Shown: positions 1 to 9,054 of the stretch, piece by piece | How positions within the stretch are numbered: the stretch's first letter is position 1 | Layout: every line of letters begins with the position of its first letter | NCBI GenBank assembly: GCA_027249445.1 | Contig: JAPNTN010000099.1 | Coordinates: 1-38,256 of the forward strand | DNA length: 38,256 nucleotides | Reading direction: 5' to 3' | From: Dehalococcoidia bacterium | GTDB taxonomy: Bacteria > Chloroflexota > Dehalococcoidia > Lucifugimonadales > UBA3495 | The notes under the pieces: generated by a model | What the model saw: only the letters and a program-made list of their open reading frames with translations | The model's database searches: none | What the model was told of the DNA's origin: nothing | Translations under genes and position numbers: made by a program

Positions 1-12
1 TGGTCTTGGCAT
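1..12 (-). CDS. rpsK: 30S ribosomal protein S11, first 4 codons only (gene runs off window start)
   Basis: ATG at 10-12 (minus), 6 nt after the rpsM stop, with GGAGG about 13 nt upstream. Reads MPRP. S11 normally follows S13 in the alpha operon. Too short for sequence-based confirmation. Confidence 0.45.
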
Positions 13-18
13 AATCTA

Positions 19-408
19 TTATTTACCTCCAGAGCGTCTTCCGCGCCCAGCTACTGTCCGTTTGGGACCTTTTCTAGACCGCGCATTGGTTCTAGTCCGC
101 TGGCCGTGTACTGGTAGGCCACGCCTATGTCTGAGACCTCTATATGATCCAATCTCTATCAGGCGTCGGATGTTTTGGTTTACGTCTCTTCTTAGATCAC
201 CTTCGGTTATATAGTCTTTATCTATAATCTCTCTGATTTGATTGACTTGTTCGTCAGAGAGTTCATTCATTCTCGGGGCTTGAACTGGATCTAAATCTAG
301 TTTTGTTAGTATTTCAGCGGCTTTTACTGGACCAATGCCGTATATACTTCTAAGAGCGACTTGCGCCCGCTTTCTATCTGGTACGTCGACGCCTGCGATT
401 CTAACCAT
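19..408 (-). CDS. rpsM: 30S ribosomal protein S13
   Basis: 129-aa ORF starting [10 protein letters not shown]..., with SIYGIGP and a basic C-terminus typical of uS13. Sits between rpmJ and rpsK. Confidence 0.97.
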   Translation of the reverse strand: MVRIAGVDVPDRKRAQVALRSIYGIGPVKAAEILTKLDLDPVQAPRMNELSDEQVNQIREIIDKDYITEGDLRRDVNQNIRRLIEIGSYRGLRHRRGLPVHGQRTRTNARSRKGPKRTVAGRGRRSGGK

Positions 409-436
409 AGTTATTCACCTCTATCATTGAGAAATC

Positions 437-550
437 TCAACCTTGCCGTTGGGCGTGTCGAGAGTTCGAGCAGATTATGCGGATTATTCCTTTCCTTTTG
501 ATGATGCGACAATTGTCGCATCTGGGTTTAACAGATGCGCTTACTTTCAT
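437..550 (-). CDS. rpmJ: 50S ribosomal protein L36 (zinc-binding form)
   Basis: Not in the ORF track because it is too short. ATG 548-550 to TGA 437-439 encodes [37 protein letters not shown] (37 aa) with a C-x2-C-x12-C-x4-H motif. GGAG lies 8 nt upstream. Canonical infA-rpmJ-rpsM position. Confidence 0.93.
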   Translation of the reverse strand: MKVSASVKPRCDNCRIIKRKGIIRIICSNSRHAQRQG

Positions 551-567
551 TATCGAAACTCCGTTTG

Positions 568-786
568 TTATTTAAACCTATAGGTGATTCGACCACGAGT
601 CAGGTCGTAAGGCGATAATTCGACTAGGACACGATCTCCTGGTAATACCCTAATGAAATGCATCCTTATCTTTCCGGACACGTGAGCTAACACCTGATGG
701 TCGTTAGCCAACTCTACCCGAAACATCCCGTTCGGTAACGCTTCTGTCACCTTGGCTTCTACTTCTATGGCTTCTTTTTTTGCCAT
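568..786 (-). CDS. infA: Translation initiation factor IF-1
   Basis: 72-aa [16 protein letters not shown]...[35 protein letters not shown], a canonical IF-1 S1-fold sequence. Confidence 0.97.
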   Translation of the reverse strand: MAKKEAIEVEAKVTEALPNGMFRVELANDHQVLAHVSGKIRMHFIRVLPGDRVLVELSPYDLTRGRITYRFK

Positions 787-829
787 GTTATTTCAGTTGG
801 ACTCCAGTTTATTTTCTGACTTACCATAG

Positions 830-1636
830 TCACGCATTCGTAGTGAATACTCTGGGGCCATCTTCTGTTATGGCTAGAGTATGTTCGAAGTGAGATGATA
901 GGCTACCATCCTTGGTCACTACTGTCCATTGGTCATCAAGTATTTTAGTTTCCCATCCACCGATGTTTAACATAGGTTCAATGGCGATGCACATCCCAGT
1001 GCGAAGTAACTGTCCCTTTCCGGATTCACCATAGTTAGGGACCTGTGGATCTTCATGCAGAAATCTGCCTATTCCATGCCCGACAAATTCTCTCACTACG
1101 CCATACCCCAGATTCTCCGCGTATTTTTGTATGGCTGATCCGATATCACCTATTCGATTACCAGGGATCGCAGCTTGAATGCCTATATTGAGGCTTTCTC
1201 TAGTGGCATCCATTAGGTCCGATGCTTCTTTGCTGACTTCGCCGACTGGTATTGATACTGCGGCGTCACCAATAAACCCATCTACCGTTGCTCCACAATC
1301 TACCTTTACTATATCGCCTTCTTTTAGTTTCCTATTTCCAGGTATCCCGTGAACTATCTCTTCGTTTACGGAGGTACATATACTGGCCGGAAACCCTTGG
1401 TAACCTAGAAATGCCGGCTTTGCACCTAGTCGGGTGATTTCCCCCATAGCTATATTATCCAGGTCTTTAGTAGTCATTCCTGGTGTTACGCTCTTCTTCA
1501 ATAAAGTCAGGGTTGCACCAACTACGGCTCCTGCCTTTGACATGGCTTCGAGCTCTTGGGCGGACTTTATAGTAATTCCTCCAGTGTATTGGGACGGGGA
1601 ATTTGAAGCAGTTCGTATTTTGTTCTGATTATTCAC
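830..1636 (-). CDS. map: Methionine aminopeptidase, type I
   Basis: 268-aa ORF with MetAP blocks (VKVDCGA, FVGHGIG, IAIEPM, SSHFEHT). GTG start 4 nt after the adk stop, so the exact start is uncertain. About 30 aa of N-terminal extension. Confidence 0.93.
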   Translation of the reverse strand: MNNQNKIRTASNSPSQYTGGITIKSAQELEAMSKAGAVVGATLTLLKKSVTPGMTTKDLDNIAMGEITRLGAKPAFLGYQGFPASICTSVNEEIVHGIPGNRKLKEGDIVKVDCGATVDGFIGDAAVSIPVGEVSKEASDLMDATRESLNIGIQAAIPGNRIGDIGSAIQKYAENLGYGVVREFVGHGIGRFLHEDPQVPNYGESGKGQLLRTGMCIAIEPMLNIGGWETKILDDQWTVVTKDGSLSSHFEHTLAITEDGPRVFTTNA

Positions 1637-1640
1637 TTAC

Positions 1641-2348
1641 CTATTCTACTCCCGTTTTTTCAACTTGTGAACTGTGATTAGGCCTTATGGCAGAAGGATA
1701 TTTTAATGAATTCAGTATGTCGGTGTTAATTTGGCCAACTGGGCCAACTCCTGAGATATCATGCAATATACCTTGGTTTCCGTAATACTCAAGGACAGGA
1801 ACGGTCTCATCGCGGTAGATTTGAATGCGCTTATTGATAGCTTCTGGTTTATCATCTTCACGTTGATATAATTTTCCGCTGCATTGCCCGCAAAATTGAT
1901 TGTCATCCGCAGATTCATTCATGGTATGAGGTTTTTGACAATCTTCGCATATGTAACGACCGCTTAATCTTTTAAGTAATTCAGACTCATCCACGTTGAT
2001 GAAAATGACTGCATCTATAGATAAGGCAAGTTTATCCATCTGTGTGGACAGGGCTTTGGCTTGGGATATCGTTCTAGGGAAGCCGTCTAGCATGAAACCT
2101 TGCCCAGAAGGCAAATTGGATAATTTATCTAATATGATTTCTATGGTCAGTTCATCTGGAACTAGCAATCCAGCATTCATGAATCCCGCTGCTTTAATCC
2201 CCAGCGCCGAACTGCTTCTTAAATGATGTCGAAACAAATCTCCAGAACTGATGTGATTTATACCTAGGTGTTCTTGAAGTAGATTGGCCTGCGTGCCTTT
2301 TCCTGCTCCGGGTGGTCCGAACAATATAATGTTTAGTTTAGAAGTCAT
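1641..2348 (-). CDS. adk: Adenylate kinase (4-Cys zinc LID type)
   Basis: P-loop GPPGAGKGTQ and LID CEDC...CGQC. secY-adk-map synteny. About 25-aa C-terminal tail. Confidence 0.96.
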   Translation of the reverse strand: MTSKLNIILFGPPGAGKGTQANLLQEHLGINHISSGDLFRHHLRSSSALGIKAAGFMNAGLLVPDELTIEIILDKLSNLPSGQGFMLDGFPRTISQAKALSTQMDKLALSIDAVIFINVDESELLKRLSGRYICEDCQKPHTMNESADDNQFCGQCSGKLYQREDDKPEAINKRIQIYRDETVPVLEYYGNQGILHDISGVGPVGQINTDILNSLKYPSAIRPNHSSQVEKTGVE

Positions 2349-2351
2349 TAT

Positions 2352-3680
2352 TTATCCCAGGAATCCCTCGTAGTTTCTCATCATTAGCTGTGCTTCTAAT
2401 TGCCTCAGTGTGTCGAGTCCTACACCGACCATAATTAGTAAGCTAGTGCTACTTAGGGTCATGGCTTGTATATTCGTTAGTAACGAGGCCAGATATGGGA
2501 CTATGGCTACGAAGCCTAAGAATAATGCTCCTCCCATTGTGATGCGCAGGATAACCCTATTCAAATAGTCTTGTGTAGGTCTTCCTGGTCTAATGCCTAG
2601 CACAAACCCGCCATTCCGTTGTAGGCTTTCAGCTAGGTTTTGCTGGTTGAATACTACTAAAGTATAGAAAAACGTAAACATTACCACTAATAAAAATACG
2701 AGAACCCAGTACAACGCATGGGTCGGTGTGAAGAGACCTGCGAAAAAAGCACCAATGTCGCCAAGCAATCCACCGCTCGTTGCAAAGTATGTGGCAATTG
2801 TGCCGGGTAATATTACAATTGAAAACGCGAATATAAGAGGGATCATACCTGCGGAATTTATTCTTAGCGGTATGTAGCTAGCGCCACTCTGGCGATACAT
2901 CCTGCCACTTCTGAAAACGCTTCTACCGTATTGTACTGGTATCCTTCTAGCGGCTTCATTGAAGAGTACAATCAGAGCGATAATGAGTACTCCTATGATT
3001 ACAAAAAACCCTATACCAAGTATGTTATCGTTACTTAAGAACCCTTGGGTAATTAACCCTGGGAACGATACTACTATTCCTGAGAATATTATTAGGGATA
3101 TTCCATTACCAATGCCTCGTTCAGTGATCAGTTCTCCGAGCCATACAAGGAACATTGTTCCGGCTGTCATGGAGAGTATTGCCGCCATGGTTGGCAATAT
3201 GTTAGCCCCGCTAAGACCAACGTTCGCTAATACGTTGCTTTGCTGAAGCAATACGAGCTGTCCGAATGCTTGAGCGAGAGCTATTGGAACTGTCAGCCAG
3301 TGAACTAGCCGGTTTATTTTTACTCTTCCTCCATCCCCTTCACGTGACATCTGTTGAAGTTGAGGGATAACCGGAGTTAGAAGTTGTACTACGATCGAGG
3401 CAGTGATATAAGGGAAGACTCCAAGCGCGACTATGCTCATACGACTTAGCGCGCCGCCACTGAACAGATCAAGAAATCCCAGTAGTTGATTGTTGTTAAA
3501 CAGATTGTCCAGTTGGGCTTGATTGATTCCTGGAATAGGTATGTGGGCTACTAGCCTGTATAAAGCCAGCATACCTAGCGTGAACAATATCTTTGACCGC
3601 AAATCTGGAAGTTTGAATGCGTCTATCCCAGCCTGAATCAGCCTAGGCCATCTACCACCCTGAGTTTCTGAGGCTATCAA
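2352..3680 (-). CDS. secY: Preprotein translocase subunit SecY
   Basis: 442-aa polytopic membrane ORF with conserved SecY blocks (GIGNGISLIIF, PYITASI). TTG start. Position after rplO. Confidence 0.96.
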   Translation of the reverse strand: MIASETQGGRWPRLIQAGIDAFKLPDLRSKILFTLGMLALYRLVAHIPIPGINQAQLDNLFNNNQLLGFLDLFSGGALSRMSIVALGVFPYITASIVVQLLTPVIPQLQQMSREGDGGRVKINRLVHWLTVPIALAQAFGQLVLLQQSNVLANVGLSGANILPTMAAILSMTAGTMFLVWLGELITERGIGNGISLIIFSGIVVSFPGLITQGFLSNDNILGIGFFVIIGVLIIALIVLFNEAARRIPVQYGRSVFRSGRMYRQSGASYIPLRINSAGMIPLIFAFSIVILPGTIATYFATSGGLLGDIGAFFAGLFTPTHALYWVLVFLLVVMFTFFYTLVVFNQQNLAESLQRNGGFVLGIRPGRPTQDYLNRVILRITMGGALFLGFVAIVPYLASLLTNIQAMTLSSTSLLIMVGVGLDTLRQLEAQLMMRNYEGFLG

Positions 3681-3682
3681 AT

Positions 3683-4129
3683 CTAATTAGTCTCCTCAGC
3701 AGTTCCTCCAGCTTGCTCAATTCTTTCCCTAGCTACCTTGGTAAACTTATGGGCTGAAATTGTTACTGCTTTTGAGATATGTCCTGTAGCTACGACTTTT
3801 ATCATTTTGTTGGGGCCTTTTATATGCCCACCTTCTCTAAGTACGTCGCTATTTATTGTTGATCCTGGTTCATATTTTTCCAGAGTATCGAGGGTCACTA
3901 GTGTGTACTGATCTTTGAATATATTAGTGAACCCGCGTTTCATTGGTAGACCTTTGATCATACGGTTTTGCCCACCTTCAAAGCCCCTTTTTACACCTTT
4001 GCCGGATCGTGATTTCTGACCTTTCAATCCTCTCCCAGCGTATGTACCTTGACCGGCGGCGTTACCTCTACCTATCCGCTGCTTTGACCTTCGCGCTCCT
4101 TTTACGGAACCTATTAAATCTTCTCTCAT
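3683..4129 (-). CDS. rplO: 50S ribosomal protein L15
   Basis: 148-aa ORF with a G/R/K-rich N-terminus (RIGRGNAAGQGTYAGRGLKGQKSRSG) typical of uL15. spc operon position. Confidence 0.96.
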   Translation of the reverse strand: MREDLIGSVKGARRSKQRIGRGNAAGQGTYAGRGLKGQKSRSGKGVKRGFEGGQNRMIKGLPMKRGFTNIFKDQYTLVTLDTLEKYEPGSTINSDVLREGGHIKGPNKMIKVVATGHISKAVTISAHKFTKVARERIEQAGGTAEETN

Positions 4130-4155
4130 ATATTGATGACTCTCGGGATATAATT

Positions 4156-4431
4156 TTAAGGATTAACTTCTGCTTCAGCAGGGGCTACAGGCGTTTCAGC
4201 TGATTCTACAGATGCTTTCCTGGTTCTTCTTCTGGCAGGTTTTTTAGCTTCTTCTATCTCTTCGACTTGCAGTAGATGCTGAACCTTGTTTACCATTCCA
4301 CGTATAGTAGGAGTGTCTCCAAGCAACACAGTGTGATTCAAACGTTTAAGGCCGAGGGAGTCTATTACCCTACGTTGGCCTTTAGGTCTGCCTATACAAC
4401 TTTTGGTCCATGTTATCTTTAATTGACCCAT
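4156..4431 (-). CDS. rpmD: 50S ribosomal protein L30 with C-terminal extension
   Basis: I chose the internal ATG (4429-4431): MGQLKITWTKSCIGRPKGQRRVIDSLGLKRLNHTV matches the uL30 N-terminus, has AGGA about 9 nt upstream and avoids overlap with rpsE. The track ORF (to 4515) would overlap rpsE by 59 nt. Confidence 0.9.
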   Translation of the reverse strand: MGQLKITWTKSCIGRPKGQRRVIDSLGLKRLNHTVLLGDTPTIRGMVNKVQHLLQVEEIEEAKKPARRRTRKASVESAETPVAPAEAEVNP

Positions 4432-4456
4432 TACGCTTATCCTATAGTGATTTGGT

Positions 4457-5002
4457 TTATTGTGAATCTGACTTTGCGCTGTCAGTTGCGCCGCGATTTC
4501 CGAGTCTCCTGGCAATCTCTTGTTGTGGGTCTCTGAGTTGCCTTAATGCTTCCAGTGTCGCAGCTACTATGTTTATTGGATTTCGAGAACCAAGTGACTT
4601 GCCTACTACGTCTCTAACACCACCTAGTTCTAAAATTGCGCGCATGGCCCCTGCTGCAATTATCCCTGTTCCTACCGGAGCAGGTTTTATTATTACTATT
4701 GATGCTCCAACCTTTACTGTTATCTCATGAGGAATCGAGCTACCTTTTAGAGGGATTGTAATCATTTCTCGTCGAGCGACCGCGTTCCCTTTTCGGACTG
4801 CATCTGGTATGGCTATGGCCTTTCCCATTCCTGCGCCCACGTTGCCCTCTCCGTCTCCGATTACTACCAAGGCGTTAAATCGAAGTCTTCGCCCGCCTTT
4901 TACCACTTTTGCAATACGTCTTGTATAAACAACTCGTTCGGTGATGTTTGAACCTTCGTCACCGTATGTGTTAGGCCTTGTTCTAGTTTGTGGTGATACC
5001 AT
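4457..5002 (-). CDS. rpsE: 30S ribosomal protein S5
   Basis: 181-aa ORF with VVKGGRRLRFNALVVIGDGEGNVGAGMGKA, a canonical uS5 block. Confidence 0.97.
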   Translation of the reverse strand: MVSPQTRTRPNTYGDEGSNITERVVYTRRIAKVVKGGRRLRFNALVVIGDGEGNVGAGMGKAIAIPDAVRKGNAVARREMITIPLKGSSIPHEITVKVGASIVIIKPAPVGTGIIAAGAMRAILELGGVRDVVGKSLGSRNPINIVAATLEALRQLRDPQQEIARRLGNRGATDSAKSDSQ

Positions 5003-5368
5003 TTAGAAAGTCAGTCCTCCTTCCCGTGCCCCATCAGCTAAGGCTTTGACTCTGCCGTGGTATTTGTACCCGCCTCGATCAAAAACCACTTTGCTGACTC
5101 CGTTAGACACAGCTCGTTCCGCTATAAGTTTTCCAACTTGATTAGCACTATTTGTTTTGCCTGTCGATTTAGCGCCTGAAATAGCCGATTCACGGCTTGA
5201 GGCTGACGCTAGTGTATGCCCTTGAGAATCGTCAATAACCTGCGCGTATATGGACTTTAGACTTCTAAATACGCATAGTCTCGGTTGTTCCGGCGACCCT
5301 TCTACCTTTTTCCGTACCCTAGCGTGCCGGACATTTCTTAAACGTTGTGAATTTTTATCTTTAGGCAT
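5003..5368 (-). CDS. rplR: 50S ribosomal protein L18
   Basis: 121-aa ORF with [26 protein letters not shown] and C-terminal [24 protein letters not shown]. Confidence 0.97.
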   Translation of the reverse strand: MPKDKNSQRLRNVRHARVRKKVEGSPEQPRLCVFRSLKSIYAQVIDDSQGHTLASASSRESAISGAKSTGKTNSANQVGKLIAERAVSNGVSKVVFDRGGYKYHGRVKALADGAREGGLTF

Positions 5369-5396
5369 CTAGTAATTCCCTTGTTTTCTAAATTAT

Positions 5397-5978
5397 CTAA
5401 GCTGTTCTTGCAGCGGCTTTACCAGGCTTATATCGAAGGATTTCATCTGAGTACCTTATACCCTTCTCTTTATATGCATTAGGTCGTCGTACTTTCCTTA
5501 TCAAAGCTGCCTGTTGGCCTACTTTCTGCTTATCGATTCCTCGTACGAATATGCGGTTTGTACCTTCTACTTCTAGCGTGACACCTTCTAGTGGTTGTAT
5601 GTCTACGGTATGGCTATATCCTACACTCAATGTAATTCCTGACCCTTCTTGTTGAACACGATATCCTACACCCATGAGATCAAGAGTCTTAGTGTATCCT
5701 TCTGTGACTCCAATTATGGCGTTTGATATAAGGCTGCGTGTGAGACCGTGCAGTGCATGGTGGAATTTGCGATCAGATAATCTTTCTACGATTATCTCAT
5801 TATCATCAGATACGCTTACTTTAACCTCAGGATGATATGTTTGAGTAAGACTACCTTTCGGACCTTTTACAGTAACGCCGTTTGCCAGGATATCTATTTC
5901 GACTCCAGCAGGAACTGGTATTGGTCTACGGCCAACTCGCGATAGTGGTTTTTCGGTTAATTCTTCTCTACCATACAT
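5397..5978 (-). CDS. rplF: 50S ribosomal protein L6
   Basis: 193-aa ORF with SRVGRRPIPVPAGVEI, the uL6 N-terminal signature. The ATG overlaps the rpsH 3' end by 11 nt, so the start is somewhat uncertain. Confidence 0.94.
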   Translation of the reverse strand: MYGREELTEKPLSRVGRRPIPVPAGVEIDILANGVTVKGPKGSLTQTYHPEVKVSVSDDNEIIVERLSDRKFHHALHGLTRSLISNAIIGVTEGYTKTLDLMGVGYRVQQEGSGITLSVGYSHTVDIQPLEGVTLEVEGTNRIFVRGIDKQKVGQQAALIRKVRRPNAYKEKGIRYSDEILRYKPGKAAARTA

Positions 5979-6366
5979 AACAGAGTAATTCTCCTCCGAC
6001 GCCAGATCTCCACGCCTGTCTGCCTGTGATTACTCCTTGCGACGAAGATATTATAGCGGTACCAATTCCACCATAAACGCGTGGAATTTCTCCTTTGCCT
6101 ACATAAACCCTTAACCCGGGTTTACTTACTCTTTTCAGGCCTCTGATGGCCGATTCATCGCCTTGTACATATGACAGATGGATTCTTAGATTGGCGAACT
6201 TCTGTCCTCTAGGGATATCAAAATCCCTGATGTAATTATTTTCCTTTAGTATTTGAGCAATCGCTAGCTTAAGTTTTGAATGCGGTACTAAAACCGATGT
6301 GTGTCGCGCCTGTATGCCATTGCGTATGCGCGTTAACATGTCTGCTACTGGATCGGTGACTGGCAT
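5968..6366 (-). CDS. rpsH: 30S ribosomal protein S8
   Basis: 132-aa ORF starting MPVTDPVADMLTRIRNG and ending GGELLCYVW, canonical uS8. Confidence 0.97.
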   Translation of the reverse strand: MPVTDPVADMLTRIRNGIQARHTSVLVPHSKLKLAIAQILKENNYIRDFDIPRGQKFANLRIHLSYVQGDESAIRGLKRVSKPGLRVYVGKGEIPRVYGGIGTAIISSSQGVITGRQAWRSGVGGELLCYVW

Positions 6367-6402
6367 TTGAATGTACTCCTGTTTTTCTCTGCTATTAGGC
6401 TA

Positions 6403-6588
6403 TTACCAACTTGCTTTTCTGACTCCGGGGAGTTCTCCATTTAGAGCTAGTTCACGGAAGCAGATGCGACATATTCCCGCATACCTTATATATGCGCGAG
6501 GTCGTCCGCATCTATGGCACCGATTATATTTACGAGTTTTGTATTTTGGCTCTCTTAGCCATTTTTGGATCATAGATGTTTTAGCCAC
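6403..6588 (-). CDS. rpsN: 30S ribosomal protein S14, short type-Z zinc form
   Basis: 61-aa ORF with [21 protein letters not shown] (CxxC...CxxC). Between rplE and rpsH. Confidence 0.96.
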   Translation of the reverse strand: MAKTSMIQKWLREPKYKTRKYNRCHRCGRPRAYIRYAGICRICFRELALNGELPGVRKASW

Positions 6589-6597
6589 TATTACTCC

Positions 6598-7299
6598 TCA
6601 GCTCTGCTTTATAAATGGCATTCCAAACAGTTCCAACAACCTGATTGCTTCTGAATCATTCATTGCTGTCGTAGCCATAGTTACTTGCAATCCACGTATT
6701 CTATCTATGTCGTTATAGTCGATCTCTGGGAATATCAATTGTTCTCGTATACCTAGTGAGAAATTCCCTCTTCCATCAAATCCCCGTCGCGGTAAACCTC
6801 TGAAGTCCCTTATTCTTGGAAGAGCTGTATTGATCAGCCGATCTAGGAAGTGATACATGCGATCACCTCTTAGGGTAACGGTGGTACCGATTGGATTTCC
6901 CTCACGAAGTTTAAAATTCGCAATGGATTTACGGGCTCTAGTACTTACGGGCTTTTGGCCGCTAATAACTGTTAAATCTCTGGTTGCAGCTTCCATGGCC
7001 CTACCATTGGTCAATGCTTCCCCTAGTCCTATGTTTAGTACTATTTTCTGGATTCTAGGTACGCGCATAGTATTACCGTAATTAAATTCAGTCATCATGG
7101 TGGAAGTTATTTCGTTACGGTACATATCCAGCAATCTGGGATGAGGTTTGGTTGTTGTGGATGCAGATGACTTGGCTGTTGCTCTAGCGGTTCTGCGCCT
7201 TCTTTTTGGAGCCTCAACTTCACTCGATTGCTCTTGTTCTTCTTCGCTATCAGTTTGTTCTTGTGTCTGATTTTCTTCTGGATCGCTAGGAGACGTCAT
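6598..7299 (-). CDS. rplE: 50S ribosomal protein L5 with about 54-aa N-terminal low-complexity extension
   Basis: 233-aa ORF. The canonical uL5 core starts near PRLLDMYRNEI...VPRIQKIVLNIGLGEA. The ATG at 7297-7299 overlaps the rplX end by 14 nt. An alternative TTG at 7134 would give a normal-length protein. Confidence 0.9.
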   Translation of the reverse strand: MTSPSDPEENQTQEQTDSEEEQEQSSEVEAPKRRRRTARATAKSSASTTTKPHPRLLDMYRNEITSTMMTEFNYGNTMRVPRIQKIVLNIGLGEALTNGRAMEAATRDLTVISGQKPVSTRARKSIANFKLREGNPIGTTVTLRGDRMYHFLDRLINTALPRIRDFRGLPRRGFDGRGNFSLGIREQLIFPEIDYNDIDRIRGLQVTMATTAMNDSEAIRLLELFGMPFIKQS

Positions 7300-7606
7300 C
7301 TATAATTTCCTCACATTTTGGGCAGCTTCTAACGCGCTTGCCGGTATCTAGTGTTGTCGTTTTTGGCCTAATCGGAGTGTTACATTTATTGCATATCAAT
7401 AGGACATTGGATATATGTATTGAAGATTCCTGTTGGACTCGCCCTGATTGTTGAATGCCAGGCCTAGCTTTCAGGTGGCGTGTGACCACGTTTACTCCTG
7501 ATACTATTATCCGATTCTTTTCTGTTAGGTTGTGTTCTACTCTGCCTGTTTTACCCTTGTCTTTTCCGCTTATTACCAGTACATTATCCCCTCGCCGTAT
7601 GCTCAT
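7286..7606 (-). CDS. rplX: 50S ribosomal protein L24 (with C-terminal CxxC...CxxC ribbon)
   Basis: 106-aa ORF with the KOW block RRGDNVLVISGKDKGKTGRV and CNKC...CPKC, as I recall for Thermus-type L24. TAATG overlap with rplN. Confidence 0.96.
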   Translation of the reverse strand: MSIRRGDNVLVISGKDKGKTGRVEHNLTEKNRIIVSGVNVVTRHLKARPGIQQSGRVQQESSIHISNVLLICNKCNTPIRPKTTTLDTGKRVRSCPKCEEIIDDVS

Positions 7607-7974
7607 TAGACCACCTCCGGCGCTAGGGATACAATTCGCATGAATCCTTTGTCCCGTAGTTCGCGGGCTACTGGTCCGAATATCCTAGTACCCCGTGGCA
7701 TTAAATTGTCTTGGATTATTACTGCCGCGTTATCATCAAATTTGATGTAAGTTCCGTCTGGTCGTTTCAGGCCTTGTGCTTGACGTACTACGACTGCCTT
7801 CACTATAGATCCCTTTCGTATAGGTGAGTTAGGCGCAGCTTCTCTAACGTTACAGACTATTATGTCCCCAACTTTAGCGTATTTTCGGCGGCTGGCCCCA
7901 GGTATATTGATTAACCGTATGCGCCTAGCGCCACTGTTGTCAGCAACATGAAGTCGTGTGTAAGTTTGTATCAT
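7606..7974 (-). CDS. rplN: 50S ribosomal protein L14
   Basis: 122-aa ORF starting [17 protein letters not shown] and ending SLAPEVV, canonical uL14. Confidence 0.98.
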   Translation of the reverse strand: MIQTYTRLHVADNSGARRIRLINIPGASRRKYAKVGDIIVCNVREAAPNSPIRKGSIVKAVVVRQAQGLKRPDGTYIKFDDNAAVIIQDNLMPRGTRIFGPVARELRDKGFMRIVSLAPEVV

Positions 7975-8381
7975 TCGGATGCTTCCTCTTCATTATCAAT
8001 TGCCGAAACCTCGTCTAGGTCTTGTTCGGGCTCCGAGTTTGAAGCTGACATGGGTGTCTGCGCAAGTGCTTCACCCGTCATCATAGGGGTAATTTCTCTT
8101 TCTAACTCTATTGCCTGTACTTCTGCTATTTGTCTTCTTTGAAGGATTTCTAATAGTCTCCAGTGTTTCGTCTTTGATATGGGACGGGTTTCTTGAATCT
8201 TGACTAGGTCCCCGACCCTACATTGTTGGTCGGGGTCATGCAAGTATAGCTTAGTTACTCGTCTCATCTGTTTACGATATATAGGATGACGTATTTTCCA
8301 TACCAGCTCTACTACAGCTGTTTTGTCCATTGTCGTACTGACTACTTCCCCAGTACGAACTTTTCTCATTTGTTTTGCCAT
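7971..8381 (-). CDS. rpsQ: 30S ribosomal protein S17 with about 50-aa acidic C-terminal extension
   Basis: 136-aa ORF. The uS17 core is [18 protein letters not shown]...[19 protein letters not shown]...[20 protein letters not shown]. 4-nt overlap with rplN. Confidence 0.95.
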   Translation of the reverse strand: MAKQMRKVRTGEVVSTTMDKTAVVELVWKIRHPIYRKQMRRVTKLYLHDPDQQCRVGDLVKIQETRPISKTKHWRLLEILQRRQIAEVQAIELEREITPMMTGEALAQTPMSASNSEPEQDLDEVSAIDNEEEASE

Positions 8382-8382
8382 A

Positions 8383-8580
8383 TTAGTCTTGTGATACTCC
8401 TCTTTCTTTCATGATAGTTAGTATCCTGGCAATGGTCCGACGAGTCTTCCTGACTTGATTAGTATCCACCAACTGGTTAGTCGCTGTCTGAAATCGTAGA
8501 CCCATTAATTCTTTGTGAAGCCCCTCAAGTTCTTCTTGAAGTTGCTGGTCGTTTAATTCTCTAAGTTCTCTTACTTGCAT
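8383..8580 (-). CDS. rpmC: 50S ribosomal protein L29
   Basis: 65-aa helical ORF, ELRELNDQQLQEELEGLHKELMGLRFQ, typical uL29. Between rplP and rpsQ. Confidence 0.95.
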   Translation of the reverse strand: MQVRELRELNDQQLQEELEGLHKELMGLRFQTATNQLVDTNQVRKTRRTIARILTIMKERGVSQD

Positions 8581-8590
8581 TTTGTCTTAG

Positions 8591-9031
8591 TTATCCCTCA
8601 GATTTTCCTGTTAATTCTCTGATACGATCTCTGCGGACAGTTTTGGTAGGGATTGGTAGCTTATACGAAGCTAGTTTAAGGGCCCTCATAGCTTGTTCTT
8701 CAGATACGCCGCCAACCTCAAACAATATTTTTCCTGGACGTACAACTGCTGCCCAATATTCGTTAGCTGCTTTTCCACCACCCATTCTAACTTCAGCAGG
8801 TTTCTTGCTAACTGGTTTATCAGGAAATACCCTTATCCATACTTGCCCTCCGCGCTGAAGGGATCGGGTTATGGCAACACGAGCTGACTCGATTTGGCGT
8901 GCTGTTATCCAGTCGGCCTCTAAAGCCTTTAGCCCGTATTCACCAAAGCTAACGCTACTACCAGTTGTGGCAGTACCTTTGCGTTTTCCTCGAAATGCTT
9001 TTCTATATTTGGTTCGTTTTGGCTGTAGCAT
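8591..9031 (-). CDS. rplP: 50S ribosomal protein L16
   Basis: 146-aa ORF starting [15 protein letters not shown], with [24 protein letters not shown]-like block. Confidence 0.97.
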   Translation of the reverse strand: MLQPKRTKYRKAFRGKRKGTATTGSSVSFGEYGLKALEADWITARQIESARVAITRSLQRGGQVWIRVFPDKPVSKKPAEVRMGGGKAANEYWAAVVRPGKILFEVGGVSEEQAMRALKLASYKLPIPTKTVRRDRIRELTGKSEG

Positions 9032-9054
9032 CTTTTTGTATGCACTATCCTTTT

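Noticed and set aside
4432-4515. N-terminal 28 codons of the track ORF for L30 (MPGDSEIAAQLTAQSQIHNKPNHYRISV).
   Set aside because: This stretch overlaps the rpsE 3' end by 59 nt and has no similarity to uL30. The internal ATG at 4431 gives the canonical MGQLKITW... N-terminus with an SD.
6371-6718. 115-aa plus-strand ORF. Similar antisense ORFs inside the ribosomal block include 1434-1628, 1996-2226, 2959-3246, 4410-4730, 9440-9724, 11034-11318, 14388-14756 and 15206-15490.
   Set aside because: All lie antisense to highly conserved r-protein, secY or fusA genes. They have no SD and low-complexity, Cys/Ser/Leu-rich translations. They are most simply explained as shadow ORFs of the real minus-strand genes.
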